This document shows positions 10,460-21,734 of a DNA stretch of 64,000 nt, in pieces. Below the pieces are notes generated by a model. The model did not search any database, was not told where the DNA came from, and worked only from the letters and a program-made list of their open reading frames with translations. The number at the start of each line of letters is the position of its first letter. Position 1 is the first letter of the stretch. The stretch is from an uncultured Hormoscilla sp. Its GTDB lineage: Bacteria; Cyanobacteriota; Cyanobacteriia; Cyanobacteriales; Desertifilaceae. A program made the position numbers and the translations under genes. The stretch is taken from contig OZ001293.3 of assembly GCA_963921275.4 (NCBI GenBank), positions 2,912,001 to 2,976,000 on the forward strand, in the 5' to 3' direction.

Positions 10460-11752
10460 ATGAGAGTTGGTCTAAAAGCTGCCTTGAGTGATGCCAATGT
10501 TGATGAGCGATCGCCGAATAATCAGCGTCAGCTGGCGATTTCCGTAGAAGCGATAGCCTCCACTGACTTGTCCGGGTCGAGGTCTGTGCCCCTGAATTTG
10601 TGCCTCATTCTGGACCACAGCGGTTCCATGGGTGGGCGTCCTCTGAAAACGGTTAAACAGGCAGCCCAGCAGCTTGTAGACCGGCTGAACCCAGGCGATC
10701 GCCTCTCGGTAGTTGTCTTCGATCAGAGGGCGAAAGTAATAGTCCCCAATGGCGTGATTGACGACCCGCGCAGCATCAAGCGTCAGATCGACAAGCTGCG
10801 CGCGGATGGGGGAACTGCCATTGACGAGGGGTTGCGGTTGGGAATTGAGGAACTAGGAAAAGGCAAAAAAGATACAGTCTCCCAGGCATTTTTGCTAACT
10901 GACGGCGAAAACGAGCATGGCTCTAATGATAAATGCCTCAAATTTGCCAAGTTAGCAACGGAGTATAATTTAACCTTGAACACCCTGGGATTTGGCGCCC
11001 ACTGGAACCAGGATATTTTAGAAGCCATTGCTGATGCTGGGGGCGGTACAATGGCTTATATTGAGCGCCCCGAACAGGCGGTAGATGAATTTGGACGCCT
11101 GTTTAATCGCATTCAGTCTGTCGGGTTAACCAATGCCTACCTGCGCCTATCTCTGATGCCCAAGGTCCGTCTAGCGGAACTCAAACCTATTGCCCAGGTG
11201 TCCCCGGACGCGATCGAACTGGCAGTACAACCTGCGGAGTCCCCTGGGAGCGCTATTCGCACTACCTCGGGGACTCCGGAAGGAGATTTGTTCTTGGTGC
11301 GGTTGGGAGACTTGATGACAGGTGACCCGCGAGTGGTACTGGCAAACCTTTACGTCGGCCAGTTGCCCCTCGGAAGTCAGACGATCGCCCAAGTGCAAAT
11401 ACAATACTATGACCCCGCTTTCGGTCGAGAGGGTTTGCTATCGGAAACTCTCAGAGTTGAGGCAAATGTGGTCAGTGCTTACCAACCATCTATCAACCCA
11501 GAGGTGCAACCCCACGTGCTAGCTTTGGCTAAATATCGGCAAACTAAGCTGGCGGAAACTAGACTGCAACAGGGCGATCGCTCGGGGGCTGCCACCCTGC
11601 TGCAAACTGCCGCCAAAACCGCCTTGCAAATGGGTGACAAAGGCGCTGCTACAGTCCTGCAAGAGAATGCCACCCGCTTGCAATCAGGAGAAGAACTCTC
11701 CGATGAGGACAAAAAGAAAACCCGCATTGTCTCTAAGACGATTTTGCAGTAG
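10460..11752 (+). CDS. von Willebrand factor A domain protein; 42-nt in-frame hairpin insertion at 11236-11277
   Basis: ILDHSGSM MIDAS motif, GGT, LLTDG; ATG at 10460 preferred over the ORF-track start. Confidence 0.9.
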   Translation: MRVGLKAALSDANVDERSPNNQRQLAISVEAIASTDLSGSRSVPLNLCLILDHSGSMGGRPLKTVKQAAQQLVDRLNPGDRLSVVVFDQRAKVIVPNGVIDDPRSIKRQIDKLRADGGTAIDEGLRLGIEELGKGKKDTVSQAFLLTDGENEHGSNDKCLKFAKLATEYNLTLNTLGFGAHWNQDILEAIADAGGGTMAYIERPEQAVDEFGRLFNRIQSVGLTNAYLRLSLMPKVRLAELKPIAQVSPDAIELAVQPAESPGSAIRTTSGTPEGDLFLVRLGDLMTGDPRVVLANLYVGQLPLGSQTIAQVQIQYYDPAFGREGLLSETLRVEANVVSAYQPSINPEVQPHVLALAKYRQTKLAETRLQQGDRSGAATLLQTAAKTALQMGDKGAATVLQENATRLQSGEELSDEDKKKTRIVSKTILQ

Positions 11753-11944
11753 TTTTTCCAGGCTAGTCAATTAAGAATAAGAAACCAGGTTTTTACCGAA
11801 AACCTGCGTCTTGGCTTCTGGGCTACTCCAGCAAGCAACGATCGCGCTTACGATAACTTCTCTCTTCCCTAATCTTATAGGCGCGAAAGCGCCGGGTAAT
11901 CACTTTAGTGATTACTACAAACAGGTAAATACGAGAACAAACAG

Positions 11945-12280
11945 ATGCCTTCCCGAAAAGCCTATCAATTTATCCAAGTGCGAGTGGAATTAAAAGGACG
12001 AGGAGTAACTAATGAAATCGATACCCTTCATATCAATGGCAAAAACCTCAAACCGGGCTTAAAAACCTTGGATGCATTACTAAATTATCTGGGAACACAA
12101 GGCTTCCAGGTGGTAACTTCAAAAATGGCGAAAGAAACATTCTTTATCTACTTCTATACGCTGCAACGTGAAGTTTATACTCAAGAACCCCTCAAAGAAG
12201 ATATCCTTGAAACTATTGCTAATACTCAAACAGGGGCGAGTTTCGGTCATCCTGTCAAGGGTGCTTTCGATTTATTTTAA
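11945..12280 (+). CDS. hypothetical protein
   Basis: 111-aa ATG ORF with plausible composition; no recognised motif. Confidence 0.55.
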   Translation: MPSRKAYQFIQVRVELKGRGVTNEIDTLHINGKNLKPGLKTLDALLNYLGTQGFQVVTSKMAKETFFIYFYTLQREVYTQEPLKEDILETIANTQTGASFGHPVKGAFDLF

Positions 12281-12360
12281 AATTAGGCTTTGCACAATCA
12301 AGAAAAGCCTAAGGTGCCCACCCTACTGCAAAGCCTAAGGTGCCCACCCTACTGCTGGGT

Positions 12361-13440
12361 TTAGGCGATCGCCTCTGCCTGGGGACGGGCAAAGACCATC
12401 CGACCAGCAGAAGTTTGCAGGGCCCCAGTTACAACTACTCGGACTTCGGCACCAATATGCTTCCCTGCATCTTCGACCACTACCATCGTGCCATCATCCA
12501 GATAACCAACACCTTGCTGGGGTTCTCTCCCTTGCTTGACAATTTTCAAATTGATGTAGTCTCCCGGGAGATAGGCCGGACGAATTGCTTGTGCCAAGTC
12601 GTTAACATTTAATACGGGCACCTTTTGCAAGCTAGCAACCTTGTTTAAGTTGTAGTCATTGGTCAACAGGGTAGCGTTGATTTCTTGGGCTAAATGCACT
12701 AACTTGGCATCCACTGTGTGAATCTCGTCGTAGTCAGCGGGGTGGATGACCACCCTTTCTGGGTAAGATTCTTTCAGTCGGTTCAGGATCTCCAAACCTC
12801 GCCGTCCCCGGATCCGTTTTTGATCGTTGGAAGAATCTGCTATTATTTGCAACTCTTGTAAGACGAAATGGGGCACCAGAATTTGACCTTCGATAAATCC
12901 AGTGGCGAATAGTTCCTCAATGCGACCGTCGATAATGCAACTGGTATCTATAATCTTGCTAGTTGCTGGCCTCATCGTGCCTTCTGCTAGCAACATGGTT
13001 TCCACGCTGTGGGGATTAATCAGTCTCAGAAAGGCGCGACCGTGGGTATCTGCCAGTCCCATGCCGGAGACGGCAAAAATGATACTGACTAAGACTGCTG
13101 CCAAGGGCTTAATGAAACTAAATTCCTTGGGAATTGGCAACAGGAAAATCGGTGCTAGCATTAAGTTTGCTACTAATAGCCCCATCACTAGGCCAGTGGT
13201 ACGGGTCAGCAGCACTTCTATCGACATCTGCCGGACTTGCCTTTCTAGGCGACGGTAGGAGGTTTGGGTCAGTAATCCTACGGCACCACCTATTATGCCT
13301 GAAAAACCGGCAGTTACCGATCGCAAGCCTTCTTGATTGCTGACTTGCTCTAGTGTATGGTGGGGTAGCAAGTCAATCCCGTGGAAACCGATACCCACTC
13401 CTGTGAGGACGAATACAACAACAATGATTGCATCAAGCAT
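12361..13440 (-). CDS. PIN/TRAM domain membrane protein
   Basis: IIDTSCIIDGRI, LTNDYNL, GVGYLDDGTMVVVE. Confidence 0.92.
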   Translation of the reverse strand: MLDAIIVVVFVLTGVGIGFHGIDLLPHHTLEQVSNQEGLRSVTAGFSGIIGGAVGLLTQTSYRRLERQVRQMSIEVLLTRTTGLVMGLLVANLMLAPIFLLPIPKEFSFIKPLAAVLVSIIFAVSGMGLADTHGRAFLRLINPHSVETMLLAEGTMRPATSKIIDTSCIIDGRIEELFATGFIEGQILVPHFVLQELQIIADSSNDQKRIRGRRGLEILNRLKESYPERVVIHPADYDEIHTVDAKLVHLAQEINATLLTNDYNLNKVASLQKVPVLNVNDLAQAIRPAYLPGDYINLKIVKQGREPQQGVGYLDDGTMVVVEDAGKHIGAEVRVVVTGALQTSAGRMVFARPQAEAIA

Positions 13441-13672
13441 AGTTATACCTTGAGGTTGGGTTTCCTAAGTCGGGTGGGAATTTCTCTGATAGCTGACAAG
13501 TCCCTACGCGAGGTTGACTTGAAAAAAGCCTAGCATAACCGGCTACAAGGAGATTCTACAGCCGGATATGCTAGGCCGCCGGAAAGTTCATTCCTTCTTT
13601 ACTCTATCACAAGTTCATCGGTATTGGCCTAGCTTGACCTCTATTATATCCCTCAGAGGAGGCAAAAACGAG

Positions 13673-14905
13673 ATGCTCCCAAACATAATAGATTCTGCCA
13701 TGCCTCGCGGAGCTTATCTGCATATTCCTTTCTGCCGCCGTCGGTGCTATTACTGTGATTTCCCGGTATCGGTGGTGGGCGATCGCACTTGGGGAGAGGA
13801 CTCGGGTACGATAATTCAATATATTCGTCTGCTGTGTGAGGAAATAAAAGCAACGTCGGTGTCGGCACAGCCCCTGTCAACGGTTTTCTTGGGCGGGGGG
13901 ACGCCGTCTTTGTTGTCGGTAGGGCAGTTGGCAGAAATTTTGCACGTGCTCGATCGCCATTTGGGCATTGCTGCTGGTGTGGAAATTTCTATGGAAATGG
14001 ACCCTGGCACTTTCGATCGGGTACAGCTGCAAGGTTATCACTCGGCGGGGGTGAATCGCGTCAGTCTGGGGGTGCAGGCATTTCAAGCAGAACTGCTGCA
14101 CTCAAGCGGGCGATCGCACTCGGTGACTGACATTTTCGCCGCTGTGGACTGTCTCGGGCAAGTCGGGGTAGAGAACTTCAGTCTGGACTTAATATCCGGT
14201 TTGCCCCACCAGACGATCGCTCAATGGCAGGAATCTCTGTCCAAAGTTGTGGCCATCGGGCCTACTCACATCTCCACTTACGACTTGGTGGTGGAGCCAG
14301 TTACGGCCTTTGGCCGCCAGTATGAACCGGGAGTAGCACCCCTGCCCCCAGAGGAGACGACTGCCCAAATGTATCGCCTCGCCCAGCAAGTCCTCACGGA
14401 CGCTGGTTACCAGCATTATGAAATTTCTAACTACGCCAGGCCCGGTTATCAATGTCGCCACAATCGGGTTTACTGGGAAAATCGCCCTTACTATGGCTTT
14501 GGCATGGGGGCCGCAAGTTATGTTAACCGGGTCCGCTTTACTCGACCTCGCAGGCGATCGGAATATTATCAATGGATCGCAGCCGGATGTGTAATTGATG
14601 ATACTGCCGTATCAGACCAGGATCTGTTATTGGAAACTTTGATGCTGGGGTTGCGCTTGGCAGAGGGTTTGAGTCTGGAAAGCCTGCGTCAGAGATTTGG
14701 GGAAGCAACCTTAGCACGAATTGGCACTTGCTTGGAGCCCTATAATCAGCAAGGGTGGGTGGAAGTTTTCGGGCAAAATGGGGAATGTTGTCTGGAACTG
14801 CCGAACTTGCCAGCAACTGGACGTTTGCGGTTAAGCTCGCCAGAAGGGTTTTTGTTCTCTAATACTGTGCTAGCGGACTTGTTTAGTCAGCTGGAGGTAG
14901 GGTAG
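13673..14905 (+). CDS. hemW: radical SAM heme chaperone
   Basis: YLHIPFCRRRCYYCDF, GGGTPS, YEISNY, HN..YW; AGGAGG upstream. Confidence 0.9.
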   Translation: MLPNIIDSAMPRGAYLHIPFCRRRCYYCDFPVSVVGDRTWGEDSGTIIQYIRLLCEEIKATSVSAQPLSTVFLGGGTPSLLSVGQLAEILHVLDRHLGIAAGVEISMEMDPGTFDRVQLQGYHSAGVNRVSLGVQAFQAELLHSSGRSHSVTDIFAAVDCLGQVGVENFSLDLISGLPHQTIAQWQESLSKVVAIGPTHISTYDLVVEPVTAFGRQYEPGVAPLPPEETTAQMYRLAQQVLTDAGYQHYEISNYARPGYQCRHNRVYWENRPYYGFGMGAASYVNRVRFTRPRRRSEYYQWIAAGCVIDDTAVSDQDLLLETLMLGLRLAEGLSLESLRQRFGEATLARIGTCLEPYNQQGWVEVFGQNGECCLELPNLPATGRLRLSSPEGFLFSNTVLADLFSQLEVG

Positions 14906-14935
14906 GCGTCTCGCCCGCCCCAGAGGGAGAGGGTC

Positions 14936-15054
14936 TGCGGCGTCTTCCGCTCCAGACACCGAGCTCTTGTCCTGAAGGACTCGGCATGCTCCAGACACCT
15001 TCAACGCCTGGAGCATGCTCTTGTCCTGAAAGACGCGGCATGCTCCAGGCGTTG
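14936..15054. repeat. cluster of nested short dispersed repeats
   Basis: GCGGCGTCTTCCGC, GCTCTTGTCCTGAA x2 and GCATGCTCCAG x2; similar pieces at 24590-24740. Confidence 0.55.
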
Positions 15055-15065
15055 CCCTATCAATG

Positions 15066-15905
15066 CTACATCAATTGGTCGGGGTCAAGGTCGAGCGAGC
15101 GCAGATATTCTGCTAGCCGTTCGGCCCGTTGCCGTTCCCGTTCCAGCTCCAGCTCCTGCTGTGCCTGCTCAGCCCGTTGTCGTGCCTGCTCAGCCCATTG
15201 TCGTGCCTGCTCGGCCCGTTGCCGTTCGCTCTCAGCCCGTTGCCGTGCCTGCTCAGCAAACTCATCACTGGTCAGATATCTTCTTCCCTCTTGGTCGTAC
15301 CAATACACCCATTCCCTGCTCCTGCCTCGATATTTTCCCAGTTCCGTTCCTATTCCCAAGCCTATTTCTGGCAACCAGATGGGATTTCCTGACAGCAGTA
15401 TGTATGGTCCCCTTCTAACTTATACACTTCCAAAGGTTGATGGTCTGCATGGCGACTCCTTCGCCCCCGTCTTCCACTAGCGCTGGGACGGCAAAATGGA
15501 TTGTATATCACATAGTACAATGGCCCTAGTTCGGCATAATCTTCCATTTTTTGTCATACTCGCCCCCGTAAGTTTTGGATGCCACTTCCATCACCAAAAT
15601 TGGCACTATTCCCCTTTCTTCCCACACCAAGTAGCTGAGGCGCAGTTTTGTTGATTTTATCCGCTGTACTCCTATACTGAGAAATCCATCTGGGACTGGG
15701 GCTGGCTTTTCGGGGTGATAGTATATTCCCATATCTACTCCCCAAATCTAGTCATCTCGTTGGGCCCAGATCGGGATGATATCACGTTAGCAGCGTTGGG
15801 GATTAGGTTTTGCAATTCGTTGTCCACGGGCGTATCGTCTGAGTCGGGTAATTCTTCTGCTGTTGGCAGGCGTAATGTGGGAACGTATGACAGAAACTTC
15901 TTGAT
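15066..15905 (-). pseudogene. Uma2-family (DUF820) endonuclease paralogue, frameshifted
   Basis: Near-identical to 16024-17232 but broken into 4 frames. Confidence 0.85.
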
Positions 15906-16023
15906 GTCTAGTAGGTGGCAGTATACGCTTACATTCTTGAGCTGTGAGTATATTATCAATAGAACCCAGCCGGATGGGAGGTTGATTATGAGCCTATCCC
16001 ACAGCAGGAGCTATCCATCCATT

Positions 16024-17232
16024 TTAGATCAATTGGTCGGGGTCGATGTTTTGCGATCGCAGATATTCTGCCAGCCGTTCGGCCCGTTGCCGAGCTTGCT
16101 GAGCCCGTTGCCGTTCTTGTTCTACCTCCTGCTGAGCCTGCTGAGCCCGTTGCCGTTCTTGTTCCACCTCCCGCCGAGCCTGCTGAGCCCGTTGCCGTTC
16201 TTGTTCCACCTCCTGCTGAGCCCGTTGCCGTTCTTGTTCCACCTCCTGCTGAGCCCGTTGCCGTTCTTGTTCCACCTCCTGCTGAGCCCGTTGCCGTTCT
16301 TGTTCCACCTCCTGCTGAGCCTGCTGAGCCCGTTGCCGTTCTTGTTCCACCTCCCGCCGAACCTGCCGAGCCCGTTGCCGTTCTTGTTCCACCTCCTGCT
16401 GAGCCTGCTGAGCCCGTTGCCGTTCTTGTTCCACCTCCTGCTGAGCCTGCTGAGCCCGTTGTCGTTCTTGTTCCACCTCCTGCTGAGCCCGTTGTCGTTC
16501 TTGTTCCACCTCCTGCTGAGCCCGTTGTCGTTCCTGCTGTGCCCGTTGCCGTTCGAGCTCAGCCCGTTGTCCTTCGGTCTCAGCAAACTCATCACTGGTC
16601 AGATATCTCCTGCCCTCTTGGTCGTACCAATACACCCATTCCCTGCTCCTGCCTCGATATCTTCCCAGTCCTGTTTTTATTCCCAAGCCTATTTCTGGCA
16701 ACCAGATGGGATTTCCTGACAGCAGTATGTATTGGTCCCCTTCTAACTTATATACCTCCAAAGGTTGATGGTCTGCATGGCGACTCCTTCGCCCCCGTCT
16801 TCCACTAGCGAGCGGACGGCAAAATGGATTGTATATTACATAGTACAATGCCCCTAGTTCGGCATAATCTTCCATTTTTTTGTCATACTCGCCCCCGTAG
16901 GTTTTGGAGACCACTTCCATGACCAAAATTGGCACTATTCCCTTTTCTTCCCACACCACGTAGCTGAGGCGCAGTGCTGTTGATTTTATCCGCTGTACCC
17001 CGATACTGAGAAATCCATCGGGGACTAGGGCCGGTTTTTCGGGGTGATAGTATATTCCCATATCTACTCCCCAAAACCAGTCATCCCGTTGGGCCCAGAT
17101 CCGGGATAAGATATCGTCAGCGGCGTTGGGGATTAGGTTTTGCAGTTCGTTGTCCACGGGCGTGTCGTCTGAGTCGGGTAATTCTTCTGCCGTTGGTAGG
17201 CGTAATGTTGGATCGTATGACAGAATTTTCAT
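16024..17232 (-). CDS. Uma2-family (DUF820) endonuclease with expanded coiled-coil C-terminal repeats
   Basis: LPDSDDTPVDNELQ, VPDGFLS, LVMEVVS; 33/42-nt repeats encoding RAQQ(AQQ)EVEQERQ at ~16090-16560. Confidence 0.9.
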   Translation of the reverse strand: MKILSYDPTLRLPTAEELPDSDDTPVDNELQNLIPNAADDILSRIWAQRDDWFWGVDMGIYYHPEKPALVPDGFLSIGVQRIKSTALRLSYVVWEEKGIVPILVMEVVSKTYGGEYDKKMEDYAELGALYYVIYNPFCRPLASGRRGRRSRHADHQPLEVYKLEGDQYILLSGNPIWLPEIGLGIKTGLGRYRGRSREWVYWYDQEGRRYLTSDEFAETEGQRAELERQRAQQERQRAQQEVEQERQRAQQEVEQERQRAQQAQQEVEQERQRAQQAQQEVEQERQRARQVRREVEQERQRAQQAQQEVEQERQRAQQEVEQERQRAQQEVEQERQRAQQEVEQERQRAQQARREVEQERQRAQQAQQEVEQERQRAQQARQRAERLAEYLRSQNIDPDQLI

Positions 17233-17605
17233 GATGTCTAGGAAGTTGGGTGGCAATATCCTTACTATATCAGCAATCTTGCTTCGATGTGCGATGCGCA
17301 GTGCGAATAGCGCGCGCAGAGTACATCGAAGTGGGGCGCTCTCAAGCATGCAAATGTACGGGGTAGCCGTTACCTCCACCGGTGCAGCAGCTTGAGCCCG
17401 CCCAGGCGGGCTTAGTCAATGTAGCGATACCCTTGAGGGTATCGCGGCGCTAATTGTTCGTGTTAACTATTGAACAGTTTGCATCCATAACCTCTGGTGC
17501 ATCTGTTAATGTTGGTGGCAGTGGGGGCTGAGTGTAATCAATATGTACGTCCAGCCCTAAATATCCTTCCTCTGTATGGGTCTATATTAATGGTAAATTA
17601 GATTG

Positions 17606-17715
17606 ATGGCAAGCTGGTTGACTCCGAGGCGATCGCGCATAATTTCTCTGTTCCTAATTATAATCTGGTTGCCGCTGTCGTGCTATGGAGGACTGCATCT
17701 GCCGTCCCCCCAGAA
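17606..17715 (+). pseudogene. truncated duplicate of the 5' end of the 20044 gene
   Basis: MASWLTPRRSRIISLFLIII vs MASWFTPRRSRLISLFLIII. Confidence 0.8.
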
Positions 17716-17772
17716 CAAATCAAGAACATTCAGATTTGGGAGAAATGCGATCGCGCCTTTGTCTAGTTCCTA

Positions 17773-19623
17773 TTACTCAAATGCTGGATAGATATCGTTT
17801 TCAAAGATATCCTTAATCCAACCAGGCAAGAAGGAATACTTGGGATCGTAAACGTTAAGATCCGATCGCAGGTCTACTTTGTAAGTAGATGTTCGGGGAG
17901 CTATTTCCGGTATCCAAGCCGCGTGCAGGGGAAAAGCAAACTTGACCTCGGGATGCCGCAGTTTGGCAACGGGACCGGCAGCCAGATTTCCCGCCTGCCA
18001 AATCCAGAATTCCGAATATTCTGGGGTGGAGACCATAGCCACCAGATAACCTTCTAACTCATTATTCTGACCGAGCTTGGGAAAGTAAACCGTAGTGGTA
18101 ACGCAGGTTCCCCGAGGGGCAGCCCAGAAATCCTTTACTTCCATATCCCCAGGGGACCATCGCATCACCCCCGCTTCTTTCCATCGGGGTAGATCCTCTA
18201 TGGGAACTTCTCGGAACTCGTGGTGTTCGTACAGTTTCACCAAACGCCTGGGAGTAATTTCGCTGATGTAGCCAGTGAAATTCACCCAAAAATTTGCAAA
18301 CTCTGGGGGACTGGTTTCTTGAATGCCATTATAAGTAGGAAGGGCAATCCCCCAGAAGCGATCGGACAACTGGTATTTGCTGCTCTTTATTTCCCCCGTC
18401 TGGGCGTTGACCACGTATTTGCCGAATCCTTGCTGGTCGTAAACTCCCGGAGGCGAGCCATGGAAAGGCGCGCTTACCCAGTCATCAAATGTCGGCCAGC
18501 TCGCGTCCCATCGCCGGTTCCATTCACTCACATCGTGTCCGGAAGCATGCAATAAATGCAAGGTGACATCATCGTTGTCATCGTCATAGTTGGCAAAGAA
18601 GTGAACGCACTCCCGGGGGATCTCGACGTATTTGGCCCAAGCAGTAGCTATCTCTTCTTTTCCATCATTGAGCTGCGCTCTGGGCACAAACCAGACTTGG
18701 TTGTATGGGGACTGGGGCTTCGCTGGAGCACCGGGAATCATTATCCGATAATATTCCATGGTAAATGCCGTGTCAATGATGATGATATAATTGCGCGTGA
18801 CGGCAATTTGATGGGTTGACTGTTTAATTACCACTGGCTCTTTGGTGCGATCGTCGATAATCCGAGTAGTCTTAAATTTCCCGGTGCCATCCCAAACCTG
18901 TATGTAGGCATCGGGTTGAATGCTGCCTAGGGCAATGGGAATTTCAAAAATCGTATTGATGATGAAAATTTACCCGGTGCGATCGTCGTAAGCAGGATGA
19001 GCGGCGCTCATGTGCATGGGAAAGATCCAGGGAAACTTGATGTGCGGGATATTCGGGATGCCGTCAATCTCCATTTTCATCCACTCGGAGCGCTGGCCCA
19101 CCGGCGTGACGGGAGCGAAGGTGGTCGGATCGAAATCAAACGGACGGCCCGAGTCAATGGTAGCCATCATCCGCCAAGAACCATTGTCTGGGTCTTGAAA
19201 GGCTTGAAGGCCAGTATGACATTGGTTCTGCACTCCTAGGAACAGGTTAAGACGCGCCAAACCCATCTTGTTGCTAAACCGATAAGCCCTTCTCCAGAAC
19301 TTCCAGAAGGACTGCTCTTGAATTTTCAGATCGCAGATGATGGACGGTGTATGAAAAGGTCCGCTTTTTAGATGCACCCGATTTTTCGGGCCGTCCGCGG
19401 ACCGATCGCCTTTAAAGTCTAAGCGATACAACTGCCTGTAGCCATTAAACCAAGGGGTATCTCCCGCTTGGGGTGTAGGCACCATCCAAAATGCGTGTCC
19501 CGCCATGTCCGTAGGTATGGACCCCTCAATTGTATTGAGGTCCAGGTCGAGAAGTGCCGTGTTTTGGTAGCGGATGTGGGTGGGAAAATCGGGAGGACTC
19601 ATAAATTTAGCCTGCCAAAGCAA
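17773..19623 (-). pseudogene. carotenoid oxygenase (RPE65/CCD) family protein with one in-frame TAA (18970-18972)
   Basis: Four candidate Fe-ligand His motifs (SAAHP, STHQI, CVHFF, PLHAAW); the frame continues across the stop. Confidence 0.8.
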
Positions 19624-19776
19624 TGACTACCAAACTATAGCACAGTCCTGAAATTATCACCCGGCAATGGTTCCCGCATAACTGAGTCAGGAGGCGATCT
19701 CATATAGTCAGCCAGCGCCCTCGTTGTGCGATCTTTAACAGACTCGCCAAAGTGCCGCTTGCTGGAAAAAAAGATA

Positions 19777-19971
19777 GGCTCTTCGTGAAATAGTATGCTC
19801 AATTATCATCAAAAAAGACATCAAAGCTTTGCCTCGTATAGGTTTGATGCGATTGCTGCTCTCGAACGACTAATCTGCACTGATCTGCAAGGCTCAAGCG
19901 CTGGAAGTCTTATTGGGAAAGGATTTCATGCAAATTAGCTATCATTTTAGCATACTAAATTGGGAAGAGCC
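19777..19971. mobile_element. 195-bp MITE with 8-bp target duplication (ISL3-like ends)
   Basis: TIRs GGCTCTTCGTGAAATAGTATGCT / AGCATACTAAATTGGGAAGAGCC; AAAAGATA on both sides (19769-19776, 19972-19979). Confidence 0.85.
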
Positions 19972-20043
19972 AAAAGATATGGTTGGAAGTTGTTACGAAT
20001 CTAACAAACCAGAGATAAAATACTTAATGGGTGATTTGAGATT

Positions 20044-20973
20044 ATGGCAAGCTGGTTCACTCCGAGGCGATCGCGCCTAATTTCTCTATTCCTGATTATC
20101 ATAGGGTTACCGCTGCTGTGCTATGGGGGACTGCTGCTGCTGCGCCCTCCCAGAACCAACCTTGAACGGGTGCTGTTTAGGGGCATTACCTACAAGCGGT
20201 TAGCACGCGGAAGGCGCCGTTCCGTGCCGCGCCGCGTGATGATTCATATCGTCACTATTGACTTAACTGCCCCCGGGATTAAGGTCTTTGTGACCCCAGG
20301 CACTCCAGGACCCGATCTTGCGGAAATCTCGGCCCGAACTACAGCAGAATTTGTCCGAGAGTTTCAGGTGCAATTAGCTGTCAATGCCAGTTTTTTTTAC
20401 CCATTCTCTGCTAAGACACTCTGGGATTATTATCCCCGATCGGGCGATCGGGTGGAGGTGCTGGGAAAAGCTATTTCCAATAGAGTAGAATATTCCCAGG
20501 GGGATCCCGGATGGTTTGCCTTATGTTTCTCAGCAGAGGGGAGGGCGCAAATTACCGGCCACCATCAATGTCCTGACGGTACAATGCAAGCAGTAGCGGG
20601 GGAAACTATTTTAGTTTGGAATAGCAAGCAAAAAGCGACGTTAAGCAAAGGTGGGATATATGATGAACTGTATCCGCGCACGGCAGTAGGAATTGACCGG
20701 AAGGGTGAGAAAATCTGGATAGTTGTCATTGACGGTCGTCAAGCTTATTATAGTTCGGGTGTTTCCTTACCCGAACTGGCTGATATCTTGATAGAATTAG
20801 GTGTGGAAACAGCCCTGAACTTGGATGGTGGCGGTTCCACAACCTTAGTAGTAGGAGACCCCAAACCCAGAGTATTAAACGCACCCATTCATACTCGCAT
20901 TCCCATGCGCCAGCGCCCCGTTGCCAATCACTTGGGTTTCTATGCGATCAGGAATGATCAACTAATACAATAA
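20044..20973 (+). CDS. phosphodiester glycosidase (NAGPA/DUF2233) family protein
   Basis: AVNASFF, YPRTAVG, IDGRQ, ALNLDGGGST. Confidence 0.9.
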   Translation: MASWFTPRRSRLISLFLIIIGLPLLCYGGLLLLRPPRTNLERVLFRGITYKRLARGRRRSVPRRVMIHIVTIDLTAPGIKVFVTPGTPGPDLAEISARTTAEFVREFQVQLAVNASFFYPFSAKTLWDYYPRSGDRVEVLGKAISNRVEYSQGDPGWFALCFSAEGRAQITGHHQCPDGTMQAVAGETILVWNSKQKATLSKGGIYDELYPRTAVGIDRKGEKIWIVVIDGRQAYYSSGVSLPELADILIELGVETALNLDGGGSTTLVVGDPKPRVLNAPIHTRIPMRQRPVANHLGFYAIRNDQLIQ

Positions 20974-21022
20974 TTTTGTTTATGCTAATATCCGATTAGT
21001 TGTCGTTCGCTGGCAGAGGTAA

Positions 21023-21277
<255 letters not shown>

Positions 21278-21285
21278 TCGAGACT

Positions 21286-21462
21286 ATGTTAGTAACATTA
21301 GACGAAAATCTTAGTATTGCCCATGCAAAGTTTCTCCGGGATGAGGGTTACGATCGCGATCGGGTTACTGATGAAGAATTGTCCGGTGAAGAAGACGGGG
21401 TTGCATGGCAGCGAAGAACGCTTTTTTCTATTTTTTCGGAAAGTAGTGCGAGTTCTTCGTAG
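21286..21462 (+). pseudogene. DUF5615 PIN-like toxin, truncated
   Basis: LDENLS...LR.EGYD...V....LSG.ED, then loss of homology. Confidence 0.7.
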
Positions 21463-21597
21463 GGTGAGCACCCCTCACCAGAATGTAGTATTTTTTTACC
21501 AACTAATGCAAGACCACACTCGTCGTCATCTGACTGGCGGACCCCAGGGGATCCCGGGGAAACTCCGCATCATTACATAGATCAGCAGGCCCAGATG

Positions 21598-21734
21598 GTA
21601 TATGCTGAGAGGCAAATCATATATGCTGAGAGGCAAATCATATATGCTGAGAGGCAAATCATATATGCTAAGAGGCAAATCATATATGCTGAGAGGCAAA
21701 TCATATATGCTGAGAGGCAAATCATATATGCTGA
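21598..21734. repeat. tandem repeat, 21-nt unit ATATATGCTGAGAGGCAAATC x~6.5
   Basis: Direct inspection; no spacers. Confidence 0.95.

Noticed and set aside
15715..16719. 334-aa Leu/Pro-rich + strand ORF, and the 16122-16595 ORF
   Set aside because: These are shadow frames of the Uma2 repeat region
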